This document shows, in pieces, positions 31,308 to 40,801 of a stretch of 64,000 bases of DNA (the stretch's first letter is position 1; each line of letters begins with the position of its first letter). The translations under genes and the position numbers were made by a program. Under the pieces are notes generated by a model. The model saw only the letters and a list, made by a program, of their open reading frames with translations. It searched no databases and was not told where the DNA came from. The DNA is from Planctomycetota bacterium. Lineage in GTDB: Bacteria > Planctomycetota > GCA-002687715 > DRQF01. Location of the stretch: assembly GCA_036479435.1 (NCBI GenBank), contig JAZGFI010000235.1:1-64000 (forward strand). The letters run 5' to 3'.

Positions 31308-32027
31308 ATGTTCCACGTGGAACATCATGCAAAGCGGGGACAGGGCCGAGTAGTGGTCGTAAAGGGTTTGCACCCTCGATCTATTTCCACCACCACGACG
31401 ATCCGCCTCGCACAACTCTTCGCTTTTGCTTCGGAATCTTGCCTTCTCATTGACCTGGGGCCAAGAGGGGACGCTACACGCCGCCTGGGCGCTTCTTTGA
31501 CCCAGTCCGGCCTCCTCGCCGCCATCTTGTCTGGCGCCGAGCCTGGAGGGCGTCTCGGCCTCCTGGTCCGCTCGGTAGCGCCTGGGCTCGACCTTGTCCC
31601 CTATGATCTTGCCCTGGACGATGTGGAAGTCTCCGGAGTCCTGGCCGAGGCCGAGGCCTGGGCCCAGACTTTGCGCGAATTTTGCGCGCAGTACAGCTGG
31701 ATCCTCATCGATTGTCCTCCGGCCAACCCTAAGCTGGGCCGAGGCTGTTTTGCCGCCTCCGATGAGATCCTTTTCACCACCACTAAGCCCGAGTATCTGA
31801 CTTGTGAGCTTGGTGAGAAGAACCGAAAGGGTGACCCGGGGCAGGTTCTCAGGTGCCGAGATGCTTTTGGGGGCGCTTTGGACCTGGACTCAAAAAATGG
31901 CGTGCCCGAGGATTTAAGCTATCTGCGCCCTGACAACTCTGACTGGGACGATCTAGAAACGACACTCGAGAGGCGTGCGACGCGCGCCTACATCGCACTC
32001 GCAAAGGAGCTAAGAAACGGTGGTTGA
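31308..32027 (+). CDS. ParA/Soj-like protein with degenerate Walker A
   Basis: TTTT.RLA, LLIDLGPRGDAT, LDLVP, WILIDCPP, AASDEI, AYIALAKEL; overlaps parB start; true start may be GTG 31353. Confidence 0.72.
   Translation: MFHVEHHAKRGQGRVVVVKGLHPRSISTTTTIRLAQLFAFASESCLLIDLGPRGDATRRLGASLTQSGLLAAILSGAEPGGRLGLLVRSVAPGLDLVPYDLALDDVEVSGVLAEAEAWAQTLREFCAQYSWILIDCPPANPKLGRGCFAASDEILFTTTKPEYLTCELGEKNRKGDPGQVLRCRDAFGGALDLDSKNGVPEDLSYLRPDNSDWDDLETTLERRATRAYIALAKELRNGG
31309..31324. promoter_or_regulatory. parS: parS centromere-like site
   Basis: Perfect 16-bp palindrome TGTTCCACGTGGAACA matching the parS consensus, at the head of the parA-like/parB pair. Confidence 0.95.
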
Positions 32028-32937
32028 ACGAAAATTAGGCCGAGGACTCGACTTCCTCATCAAAAAACCCACGACTCCCGAAGTTCCTAAGGTTCTGGAA
32101 ACGGCTTCCGAGACTCGCGGCAAAACGATGATCTCGGTGGAGGACTTGGTCCCGAACCCCTTTCAGCCCCGTCGTGTTTTCGACATCGAGGAACTCAATC
32201 AGCTCATCGAGAGTGTTCGCCTCCACGGCGTCCTACAGCCGGTTGCTGTGCGGCAAGCCGCAAATGGCTTTGAGCTCATTGCGGGCGAAAGGCGTTGGCG
32301 GGCGAGCCGGGAGCTCGGGCTTGAGACGATCCCCGCGGTCATCCACGAGGTCAGCGACCAAAAGATGCTCGAACTGGCTCTGATCGAGAACCTGCAGCGA
32401 GAAGATCTTGATCCGATTGAGAAGGCGAAGGCCTACCGTCAATTGATGCGAGAATTCAATTTGACCCAAGAAGAAGCGTCAAAGCAGCTTTCCATCAAGC
32501 GGTCAACGGTGGCGAACCACCTCCGTCTGCTCGACCTTCCCCGCGAGATCCAAGAACTCGTCTCCTCTAAAAGGCTCTCAATGGGGCATGCGCGAGCGCT
32601 CCTGGCGGCGCCAAGTCCCGAGCAGAGGCTCAGTTTGGCAAAACGAGCCGTGGCGGGGGAGTTGACGGTGCGAGATGTTGAGCGCCTGGCAAGCGCAAGT
32701 AAGCAGGCTTCCGAGCTCGCGAACCCCGGCAAGCCCAGCCCCAAGCAACTCGACCCCAATCTTGAGGACTACCTATCTCGATTGAGGAGTGGCCTGGGTA
32801 CCAAGGTGACCCTCCGAGGGACCGCCAAGCGCGGCAAGATCACGATCGACTACTTTGACGCCAACACGCTCAATCATCTCTTGGAGGCCATTGAGGCCAC
32901 CCCCGCGCGACGTTCAGAGGCAGAGCAAGTGGAGTAG
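32020..32937 (+). CDS. parB: Chromosome partitioning protein ParB
   Basis: LGRGLD, PNPFQPRRVF, IAGERRWRA, ALIENLQREDL, HTH with RSTVANHLRLL, MGHARAL. Confidence 0.95.
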   Translation: MVERKLGRGLDFLIKKPTTPEVPKVLETASETRGKTMISVEDLVPNPFQPRRVFDIEELNQLIESVRLHGVLQPVAVRQAANGFELIAGERRWRASRELGLETIPAVIHEVSDQKMLELALIENLQREDLDPIEKAKAYRQLMREFNLTQEEASKQLSIKRSTVANHLRLLDLPREIQELVSSKRLSMGHARALLAAPSPEQRLSLAKRAVAGELTVRDVERLASASKQASELANPGKPSPKQLDPNLEDYLSRLRSGLGTKVTLRGTAKRGKITIDYFDANTLNHLLEAIEATPARRSEAEQVE

Positions 32938-32959
32938 TCTTTGCTGCGCGGCCAATCCC

Positions 32960-32999
32960 AAAAAAAAGCCCCACAGCCATGTCGGTCGTGGGGTTTTTT
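32960..32999. terminator. Bidirectional intrinsic terminator between convergent genes
   Basis: A-tract, GCCCCAC...GTGGGGT stem and T-tract between parB and the convergent ORF. Confidence 0.7.
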
Positions 33000-33053
33000 C
33001 AATGTCGCGGGGTAACGAGGGCCGCCGGGCGATCCGTTTTGAACTCGCGGATC

Positions 33054-34442
33054 TCAGTCCTTTTTCTGATCGTCTTTTGTATCGGGCTCGGCGTCGGTCT
33101 TGGCCTCTTCTTTGATGGCCTCGTAGAAGCCCTTTTCTTGGTCGGTCTCGTCAGGGACCTCAGGCAGTTTTGGGCTCGGCTTCCAACTGTCCACGCTCGG
33201 GAATGCGATGACTCCCTCCACCGTGACCGACTCAAGTCCCAGACGCACCCGAGGTAGATCCGGGTTGCTGATTCCAGTTTCGTCGTGGACTTCGGTTTGG
33301 AACCACTCCTTCAGACTGTCGAGGCCTTCGGTCACTTCAGCGAAGACGGTGAAGCGCTTCGACGTGGCTTCTTGGGCCGCCATGTGGACATTGAAGTGAA
33401 AGCCATCCGTGTTCACCCCGCGACCGGAGAAGGAAACGCTGCCCTTTTTGACGGGAAGCAGCGCGTTCTGCTCGTTCGGCACGGTGTAGTGCCCTTGAGT
33501 GTTATTCCAAATCGCCTTGCGTCCGCTGGCCAACCTCGAGAGGGGGTTTCCAAAACTGATGGTGTTGTCGATCTTGTTGATCGCATGTACCGCGGTGCCC
33601 TCATAGAAACCGCCCTTCACATTCTCGAGGAAGGCGGCAACCGTCTTGGGCGCGACGCGGCTAAAGAACTTGAACATGAGGGTCTGGCCATTGGCAAACT
33701 TGAGGGTCGCACTCAGGCCTTGGTCGGCGGTGATCGCAGCGTCCAAGTTGTGTTTTTCGAAAAAAGCCAGCTCTTTGCGAGCAAGCTCGCGCCACAAGGT
33801 GATGCCACTTGAGTCCGGATCGCGCGTATCGGACTTCAACTTGAGGGCGATGACGTCGCCATGATCTTTCTCTAAGGTGTCGAGCAGCTTCATTTGCTCG
33901 TTCAAAAAGGCGATCTTTTTGTTGTTGTCACGGCTGTTGCGCGCGGCGAAAAACAAAAGTTGCTGGCGAACGTGCAAGTAAAGCCAAGCTTGGTCGCTCG
34001 CCAAGAGAAGATCTTTTTTTTCGTCAAAGGTCGCGAGCACGGACTCAACTTTGTCAACGTACTTTTTGCAGTCCTCGGGTGTTGTGAGTGGGCCGACCAC
34101 GGACTTGCGTTGCGCGTTGGGAACCGCGAGCTGGTCGTAGTAGGCGCCGCCTTCCGCCGTCGTTCCGAGACTAGCCTTATTGATGGTCATGAAGTCACGA
34201 AGGGGAGTGGACGGCAACAGCTCGATGCCGGAAAAAATCAGGTCACTAGCTTCAGCTTTAGTGTCCGAGTCGCCCTTTTTGATGAACTGCCAAGCCGTGA
34301 TCCCGATAGCGACGACAAGCGCGGCGATCACGAGGTACTTCAAGAGGCCCATGACCGTGTCGCCACCCTGCTTTTGGTCGGCCATATTCTGGAGCCAACT
34401 TGGCGCGCCACCTTCGGGGGGATTCTTTGTCTTGGTATTCAT
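33054..34442 (-). CDS. Membrane-anchored protein with C-terminal cyclophilin-like domain (degenerate)
   Basis: TM near the N-terminus, helical middle, APKTVAAFLENVKGGFYEGTAVH and FTVFAEVTEGLD cyclophilin-like motifs. Confidence 0.7.
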   Translation of the reverse strand: MNTKTKNPPEGGAPSWLQNMADQKQGGDTVMGLLKYLVIAALVVAIGITAWQFIKKGDSDTKAEASDLIFSGIELLPSTPLRDFMTINKASLGTTAEGGAYYDQLAVPNAQRKSVVGPLTTPEDCKKYVDKVESVLATFDEKKDLLLASDQAWLYLHVRQQLLFFAARNSRDNNKKIAFLNEQMKLLDTLEKDHGDVIALKLKSDTRDPDSSGITLWRELARKELAFFEKHNLDAAITADQGLSATLKFANGQTLMFKFFSRVAPKTVAAFLENVKGGFYEGTAVHAINKIDNTISFGNPLSRLASGRKAIWNNTQGHYTVPNEQNALLPVKKGSVSFSGRGVNTDGFHFNVHMAAQEATSKRFTVFAEVTEGLDSLKEWFQTEVHDETGISNPDLPRVRLGLESVTVEGVIAFPSVDSWKPSPKLPEVPDETDQEKGFYEAIKEEAKTDAEPDTKDDQKKD

Positions 34443-34444
34443 TA

Positions 34445-34936
34445 TTAAGTGCTTTCTACAAAGATGGTTATCAAAAACTCATCCTTGCCGTCTTGAGCGT
34501 CTGGGGTCAGGGTGACGGTACACCTTTGACCGGTCTTCACGAAGGTCATTCGATCTGAAGCGGCCTGAACCGAGGATTCGCCGCGTTTCCAACCAAAGGG
34601 CCCTTTGGGCATCATGGCTTCAAAGTGCCGGAGGAGTTCAGCGCGCTTGCCGTAACCCCAGTAGACGAAACGCCCAATCCTACGATCGCCGAAACGATAG
34701 CTAAAGCTCTCGTTTCGATGGTTCCGCAGGAAAAAGCCCTCGGGGACGGGGATATCATCAAACTGGATTCGCGACAACTCCTCGGACCGGCTTCGGGCCT
34801 CTGGAGGGGTGGTAGCCCCCACGCCGGTGAGCGAATCACTGATCGGGTTGTTGGTTTCCTCGACATTGACACATGCGGTGGTCCACACGAGGACCAGGAG
34901 GAGTGGCAAGATCTTCAATTCGTATCGGCTGGTCAT
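34445..34936 (-). CDS. Hypothetical lipoprotein
   Basis: GGAGG RBS, signal peptide ending in TTAC, QFDDIPVP motif; 2 nt from the next start. Confidence 0.65.
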   Translation of the reverse strand: MTSRYELKILPLLLVLVWTTACVNVEETNNPISDSLTGVGATTPPEARSRSEELSRIQFDDIPVPEGFFLRNHRNESFSYRFGDRRIGRFVYWGYGKRAELLRHFEAMMPKGPFGWKRGESSVQAASDRMTFVKTGQRCTVTLTPDAQDGKDEFLITIFVEST

Positions 34937-34997
34937 GTTGAGCACCCTCCCCGGTGCATGGTCATCAATCTGGTTACGCCGCGTGGCGTCGACTTGA

Positions 34998-35723
34998 TTA
35001 TAGCGCGGAGTGGGGCCGACCCGCAGAGGGCGGTTGCATTCCGAACTGAGCCCAGAATTCTCGAACTTTTCGATCCGCTTCCCGGACGAACTCATCCATC
35101 AATTCGGAGAGCAGCGAAAGAAGAAGGTCCGCCGCCACCGACTCCACGCCGGCGATGGTCGCCGTGTCGGCTTGCCGCAGTCCCGAGAAGCGACGGTCGA
35201 GGAAACGCCGCCCCTCCGCGTCGCGTAACAAGACATGGAACTCGATCTCGGCCAGGACCTCGATACTCGGGATGATGGGAATGAGTCCCAAGAGGTCGCG
35301 ATCGGATTTGGCATAAAAGTGGTAGAGCGTGATCTCGAGTTCGTGGCTGGCCTCTTGGCCCCCTGCGTTTGATCGAAAGACGCCGGCTTGGGCAAATTCG
35401 CCGAGCACGACGCGCTTGAAATTGCTGGCGACCGAGCCCCGCAAGAGCGACTCGGAATACCAAGACTCGTTTAGGTAGTTGATCCGGCCGATCTCGAAAC
35501 TGGGGCGGCGGTCACGAAAACTCGTGAGCGAAAGATCTCCGTAAGGCGGATGAGAGGCACGGAACAGGGTTGACTGATAAGAGGCATCACCCGCCGACAA
35601 CGGAGCCCGTGGATTGGTCCCACAAGCCCCCAAGATCGAGAGCGCTATCAAGGCTCCCAAGCCGTTTCCTGCGAGCTTCCAGATCGATAATCTAGACGGC
35701 GTTAGTGTTTTCGCACGAGCCAT
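34998..35723 (-). CDS. Hypothetical lipoprotein
   Basis: Hydrophobic stretch ending in LGAC; follows purM on the same strand. Confidence 0.6.
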   Translation of the reverse strand: MARAKTLTPSRLSIWKLAGNGLGALIALSILGACGTNPRAPLSAGDASYQSTLFRASHPPYGDLSLTSFRDRRPSFEIGRINYLNESWYSESLLRGSVASNFKRVVLGEFAQAGVFRSNAGGQEASHELEITLYHFYAKSDRDLLGLIPIIPSIEVLAEIEFHVLLRDAEGRRFLDRRFSGLRQADTATIAGVESVAADLLLSLLSELMDEFVREADRKVREFWAQFGMQPPSAGRPHSAL

Positions 35724-35739
35724 GAATACCACGAGGGAC

Positions 35740-36837
35740 TCAGCTCCGGTGAAGTCTATCCTTGCCGCCCACGAGGCCATACTGCGGCAGGCGTACTTCT
35801 TTTTTGTGTTCATCAGTGGCGTAGCCGATGACCTGGGCCTTGGCACCGGTCTTTTCGATAAGGCCAAGGGCATCCTCTACGCGGTCCTTGGGGATCACGG
35901 CGCAAAAACCAATCCCCATATTGAAGACTGAGAACATCTCCGCGTCTTCAATGCCGCCCGTCTCTTGAATCAAGCCAAAGATTGCCCCCGGTTCTGGCAG
36001 GCGATCAATGACGAAGCCGACATCGGCTCGGATGCGGTTGAGGTTGCAGTATCCGTCACCAGTGAGGTGTACGAGTGCGTTGAGCGGAATGCCAGCGTCG
36101 CGCAGCGCCATGATGGGCGCGACGTAAATGCGGGTCGGCTCCAAAAGAGCATCGCCGAGCGTTCGCTTTAGGCCGCTGGGAACCGCGCGCAGATCCAGGC
36201 CGCCTTTTTCCAACAGAATATGCCGTGCCAAGGTGAAGCCATTGGAGTGCAGGCCACTCGATGCGATGCCGATTACCACATCCTGCGACCGGACGGCCTG
36301 ACCCCAATTGATTTGATCCCAAGCCACTAAACCCACGGCGGTCCCTACGAGGTCGAGCCCCTTTGAGGCTCCATGGCTTTGTAGCAGTTCCTTGACCTGA
36401 GCAATTTCACCGCCGGGAATAGAAATCTTCGATTGCCGCGCCCCCTCCAGGAGGCCGCGCCCCAATTGGTCAAAAACTTCGTCGTCGATGTTGCCGACCG
36501 CGATGTAATCCACGAGGGCAAAAGGCTCGGCGCCGACGCACAAGATATCGTTGACATTCATCGCAATCATGTCGATGGGGATGGTGTCATAGCGTCCAAG
36601 GGCGTCGGCAATGAGGATTTTGGTTCCGACACCGTCGGTGCAAATCGCTAGACCTTGTCGACCGGGCAGCTCCAAGACATTCGCGAAGTAACCGAGTCCC
36701 ATCGCGGGCCGACCAAAGTCGCTGCCATCGCGAAGGGTCAGGGTTTGATTGATCGACCGCGCGAGGCGACCCAAGCCGGTCTGTGCGCGCTCGGTGTCAA
36801 CTCCGACTTCGTCATACTGGAAGGCATCTTGATTCAT
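35740..36837 (-). CDS. purM: Phosphoribosylformylglycinamidine cyclo-ligase (AIR synthetase)
   Basis: TDGVGTK, AMNVND, DYIA, GGEIA, SSGLHSNGF, LLEPTRIY, VFNMGIG; start approximate. Confidence 0.95.
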   Translation of the reverse strand: MNQDAFQYDEVGVDTERAQTGLGRLARSINQTLTLRDGSDFGRPAMGLGYFANVLELPGRQGLAICTDGVGTKILIADALGRYDTIPIDMIAMNVNDILCVGAEPFALVDYIAVGNIDDEVFDQLGRGLLEGARQSKISIPGGEIAQVKELLQSHGASKGLDLVGTAVGLVAWDQINWGQAVRSQDVVIGIASSGLHSNGFTLARHILLEKGGLDLRAVPSGLKRTLGDALLEPTRIYVAPIMALRDAGIPLNALVHLTGDGYCNLNRIRADVGFVIDRLPEPGAIFGLIQETGGIEDAEMFSVFNMGIGFCAVIPKDRVEDALGLIEKTGAKAQVIGYATDEHKKEVRLPQYGLVGGKDRLHRS

Positions 36838-37165
36838 GGTCGTTCCATCACTCACAGCTTGTTCTTGGCCCAAAAGGCCGAAACGCTGGTCTGGCTCGGG
36901 ATGAGGATTTCATTTCTTTCCAAAGGAAGGTCCTTAATTCACCCCGAGGGGGTGACGTCGACCGGGCCAGAACTTCAAGTTCTTGCCTCGGAGAGGGCAG
37001 AGTAGGAACTGCGAATAAGGGCAGCAAGCACAGTGCCCACCGACTTGGGAGCGTTTGGCCACCCTTATAGAATGCGGCCCATCTCCGCTTGGCGTCTCGC
37101 CCTCGGGGAGCCTAGAACCCGAGGCAGCAAGACCCACTGCCCACCACGACCGCTCGGAGCCTCTC

Positions 37166-38314
37166 ATGAAAATCGAAACCAAGGCGATACACGTCGGCCA
37201 AGAGCCTTGTGCCCTAACGGGCGCGGTCGCGGTGCCCATCTATCAGACCAGCACTTACGTGCAGCCCGAAGTCGGCGTCCATCTTGGCCACGAATATAGC
37301 CGCACCAGCAATCCCACCCGTGATGCCCTAGAATCTTGCCTCGCTTCGCTCGAAAACGCCGAGCATGGCCTCGCTTTTGCGTCGGGCATGGCCGCGATCA
37401 CCACCATCATGGCGCTCTTTAAGCAGGGCGACCACATCGTTTGCGCCGACGATGTCTACGGCGGCACCTTTCGGGTCTTCGACAAGATCATGGGCCACTA
37501 CGGGCTCGACTTCAGCTTCGTCGACACCACCAATCTCGATGCCGTACGGGAGGCCATGCGGCCCGATACCCGCTTGCTCTGGCTCGAAACCCCTAGCAAC
37601 CCCATGCTAAAAATCTCGGACATCTCGGCACTGGCTGAGATTGCTCACGAAAAAGACGCCTGGTTGGGCGTCGACAACACCTTCCTGAGCCCCTATTTCC
37701 AGCGGCCGCTCGATTTTGGGGCGGATTTGGTCATGCACAGTTCCACCAAGTACCTCGGGGGCCACTCGGATGTTGTCGGTGGGGCCGTGGTGACTTCCCA
37801 TCCAGAAATCGCCGAGCGCCTGCGCTTCAACCAAAACTCCATGGGCGCTATCCCCGGACCCTTCGACTCTTGGCTGACCCTGAGAGGCATCAAGACCCTA
37901 GGGGTCCGACTCCAGCGGCACGAGGAGAACGCTCAGGCTGTCGTGGCTTTTCTTCAAGAACACAAATTAGTTGATCGGATCTACTATCCTGGCCTCAGCG
38001 ACCACCCTGGCCACGAAATCCAATGCAAACAGGCAAATGGCTTCGGAGGCATGGTTTCTTTGACCCTCAAGGCGGATCTTGAGGGCACAAAACGGTTTTG
38101 CCAGTCGACCAAGCTCTTTTTCTTGGCTGAGAGCCTAGGAGGGGTCGAATCGTTGCTTGAGCACCCCGCAATCATGACCCACGCCTCGGTTCCGGTCGAA
38201 ACGAGGGCCGAACTTGGCATCCTCGACAACTTCGTTCGCTTGTCCGTTGGCATCGAAAACCAAGATGATCTTCTGAAGGACCTGGACCAAGCGCTCGACT
38301 CCGTCGATAATTAG
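37166..38314 (+). CDS. Cystathionine gamma-lyase/synthase (PLP trans-sulfuration enzyme)
   Basis: PIYQTSTY, YSRTSNPTR, FASGMAA, ETPSNP, DNTF, HSSTKYLGGHSD, AESLGGVESL. Confidence 0.93.
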   Translation: MKIETKAIHVGQEPCALTGAVAVPIYQTSTYVQPEVGVHLGHEYSRTSNPTRDALESCLASLENAEHGLAFASGMAAITTIMALFKQGDHIVCADDVYGGTFRVFDKIMGHYGLDFSFVDTTNLDAVREAMRPDTRLLWLETPSNPMLKISDISALAEIAHEKDAWLGVDNTFLSPYFQRPLDFGADLVMHSSTKYLGGHSDVVGGAVVTSHPEIAERLRFNQNSMGAIPGPFDSWLTLRGIKTLGVRLQRHEENAQAVVAFLQEHKLVDRIYYPGLSDHPGHEIQCKQANGFGGMVSLTLKADLEGTKRFCQSTKLFFLAESLGGVESLLEHPAIMTHASVPVETRAELGILDNFVRLSVGIENQDDLLKDLDQALDSVDN

Positions 38315-38462
38315 CCCCCGGTCGTCACCTATAGTGGACGACCGCCGCCTTCGGCGGAGCAGTCGAAAATCATCGAATGCTCACCGGGGGCGGCGAGAAC
38401 AAATTGGTGGGGGCCCAAGGCGTCTTCTGCCCAACTTCTAGTTCCAGTATTCGGAGTCATTC

Positions 38463-38843
38463 GTGAAGAGTTTTTTGGAAAGCCGAGAGCTGATTCGCCG
38501 CTTGAAAGAAGGTTCCCCAATTGAGGTTGATGGCGAAGTCGTCAGACTTCCTCGCTTCTCAGAAATCCAGGAAGCACAGCCGGGGGATTTTGGTGCCAAG
38601 GGCAAACAGGATTTAATCGTCGCGAAAGCTCGCACTGCGACTTGGTGTGTGTGGCCACTTAACCGGCGCGCGAAGTTTCAAAAGAAAGACAGCGAGGGCT
38701 TCACCCTAATCTTGAAGGCACTCGAAGAGTCTATTCCTGACAAGCCGGTAGTGGGTTGGGTTTTGACGACGGGTCCGATTGACGACGCCGTCCGAGCCAA
38801 GATGAATGAGGACGGCCACCGCGTTAATCGCGTTCCGCTTTAG
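38463..38843 (+). CDS. Hypothetical protein
   Basis: 126-aa ORF with GGAG RBS and protein-like composition; stop abuts the convergent NAD kinase stop. Confidence 0.6.
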   Translation: MKSFLESRELIRRLKEGSPIEVDGEVVRLPRFSEIQEAQPGDFGAKGKQDLIVAKARTATWCVWPLNRRAKFQKKDSEGFTLILKALEESIPDKPVVGWVLTTGPIDDAVRAKMNEDGHRVNRVPL

Positions 38844-39578
38844 TCAGAATCGCCGGCGCGGTGCGTGCGAGTATCGGCATTGTCCGCAACGGAGACTGTC
38901 GATGCCGTAGACCACCGCGCTGCGCGTGGAACGCTGAATAACGAAGGCGTCACCGTTGCTGAGGTCGATGATTTCGGGGCTGTTGTCGGCGGTGAGTTGC
39001 GCCGGGCCCCGAACAATTTCTACCTGCACGACGTCATCGGGCTTCAGCACCAGGTGGTGTAGGAACTCGGTGCAGTTGTTGAAGGCGAGACCCATCCCGG
39101 TTCTGATGACGGTGTTGGTGATACTGCGGAAGTAGGCCGAGCTGCCGAAGGGCGTCGCGGCTACTAAGCCGTCGCCAATGGTCTCGTCGCTCACCATCTT
39201 ATTGTTCACTGCGACGCGAAAGCGAACCGAGCTCCGAACATCTGAGTTGCGAAGGATGATGTCGTTCATTCCACGTAGACGCTTGCCGTCGATGGTGGCG
39301 GTGATCTTCATCAATTCTGTTTTGGCCAGCTCCCCGCTCAAGAAGCGATCCAAGACGAGGGCGTCTTCATGCTCGGGGCATTTGGTGACCGCGCTCGCAT
39401 CGCGCATGCCGAGTTTGGGAACTTCCGGAAACTCTCGTTCGGCACCAATCAAAGTGCCGTCACCGCCGTAAGAAATAAGCAAGTCTGCGGCGTCGAAAGA
39501 ATCGGCGAGTTCGATTCCTCGGGCCTCCAGCAGAGGCTTCAGGATAGCGGCGTTCTTACCCACCAATCCGAATTTCAT
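38844..39578 (-). CDS. NAD(+) kinase family protein
   Basis: YGGDGTL, MND, GDGLVAATPFGSSAY. Confidence 0.85.
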   Translation of the reverse strand: MKFGLVGKNAAILKPLLEARGIELADSFDAADLLISYGGDGTLIGAEREFPEVPKLGMRDASAVTKCPEHEDALVLDRFLSGELAKTELMKITATIDGKRLRGMNDIILRNSDVRSSVRFRVAVNNKMVSDETIGDGLVAATPFGSSAYFRSITNTVIRTGMGLAFNNCTEFLHHLVLKPDDVVQVEIVRGPAQLTADNSPEIIDLSNGDAFVIQRSTRSAVVYGIDSLRCGQCRYSHAPRRRF

Positions 39579-39670
39579 CGCACACCCCCAATCCGAACGA
39601 CTTACCAGGGATCATTATCGGCCTCCACGCTTTGGGCGCAACCCGCCCCGCGACCTCCCGACGGTGAATT

Positions 39671-40798
39671 TCAGCGCAACTTGAGGGTGGCGAAACTTAG
39701 GACGCAACAAAGTAGCGAAACGATCCAAAAGCGCAGCACGACTTTTGTTTCCGCGAGGCCCTGGTGCTGGTAGCCGTGGTGGGCGGGAGCTCGAAAAAAA
39801 ATGCGCCGGCCAATCCAGCGGATGCCGACGTAGTCTTGGATCAACACCGAAAAAGCTTCGAAGACGAAAACCCCGCCCGCGATAAGGAAGAGGAGCTCCT
39901 GCTTCGACAAGATTGCCATCGCCCCCAAGCTACCTCCAAGCGCCATTGCACCGGTGTCGCCCATGAACATCTGAGCCGGATATCCATTGAACCACAAAAA
40001 GCCAAAACAGGACCCGACGACTGCCGAGGCGAAGATCGCAATCGCTTGCATGTCATGGGCCGGCATGTAGTCAAAAGCGAAGAACTTAGAGGTTTGGTTG
40101 TTCCACATCATGTACGCGACGACGCCAAAGACCGCAGCGGTGAGGGCTGTCGGTAAGACCGCCAGCCCGTCTAAGCCGTCGGCGAAATTGATCGCGTTGG
40201 TGATCGACACCAGGGCGACAACCACGAATGGCAAGTAGAAGTAGCCGAGGTCGATGGGCCCCAGAATCTCGGGTCTCGGAAAGGGGAAGTAGAGATTGGT
40301 GCGAATCTCCGCGGGGAAGGGCGAGGTGCCGTCAGACAAGATGATCGCGCCAAAGAAAAAGGCGAACAGGGCCTGGAGAAAAAACTTTAGATTACGAGAC
40401 ATCCCGGCGTCACTCGACCCACCCACAACTTTCATCATGTCGTCGACGCAACCAAGCGCTCCGTACCAAAGCACCGTTAAGACCAAGAGGTGTGCCACTC
40501 GGTTCTCAGCTTCGGAGAACAACAAGGTCGCCAAGATGATGCCACCCACGATCAGCAGGCCCCCCATCGTAGGCGTGCCACTTTTCGAGTGGTTGAAGTA
40601 CTCGCCGTAGTCGCGAACCCGATCGCGCATGCCGCGACGGTAGAGCCAGGCCGCTGTCCTGCGTCCAAGGAGAAGCACAAATCCAAACGCGACGATGAAA
40701 GCACCCACGCAACGGACCGAGGCGTACTGAAGAATGCGAAGCGGCGTTTCGCCCAGATTCAGCGGAGCGGACAACAAGTCATAGAGCCACGGCAACAT
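39671..40798 (-). CDS. mraY: Phospho-N-acetylmuramoyl-pentapeptide transferase
   Basis: KSGTPTMGG, VDD, NAINFADGLDGL, FLWFNGYPAQMFMGDTG, E.KVV.RFWI; 3 nt downstream of the murG-murJ fusion. Confidence 0.93.
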   Translation of the reverse strand: MLPWLYDLLSAPLNLGETPLRILQYASVRCVGAFIVAFGFVLLLGRRTAAWLYRRGMRDRVRDYGEYFNHSKSGTPTMGGLLIVGGIILATLLFSEAENRVAHLLVLTVLWYGALGCVDDMMKVVGGSSDAGMSRNLKFFLQALFAFFFGAIILSDGTSPFPAEIRTNLYFPFPRPEILGPIDLGYFYLPFVVVALVSITNAINFADGLDGLAVLPTALTAAVFGVVAYMMWNNQTSKFFAFDYMPAHDMQAIAIFASAVVGSCFGFLWFNGYPAQMFMGDTGAMALGGSLGAMAILSKQELLFLIAGGVFVFEAFSVLIQDYVGIRWIGRRIFFRAPAHHGYQHQGLAETKVVLRFWIVSLLCCVLSFATLKLR

Positions 40799-40801
40799 CG
40801 A

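Noticed and set aside
31308..32027. Calling the parA-like gene a frameshifted pseudogene
   Set aside because: The frame is open from the N-terminal strand to the conserved last helix and overlaps the parB start; no missing motif was seen in alternative frames
36880..37165. SAM riboswitch or T-box upstream of the trans-sulfuration gene
   Set aside because: No SAM-I core (ATC..GAG...GGCCC...GCAACC) or T-box motif, and no terminator in the leader
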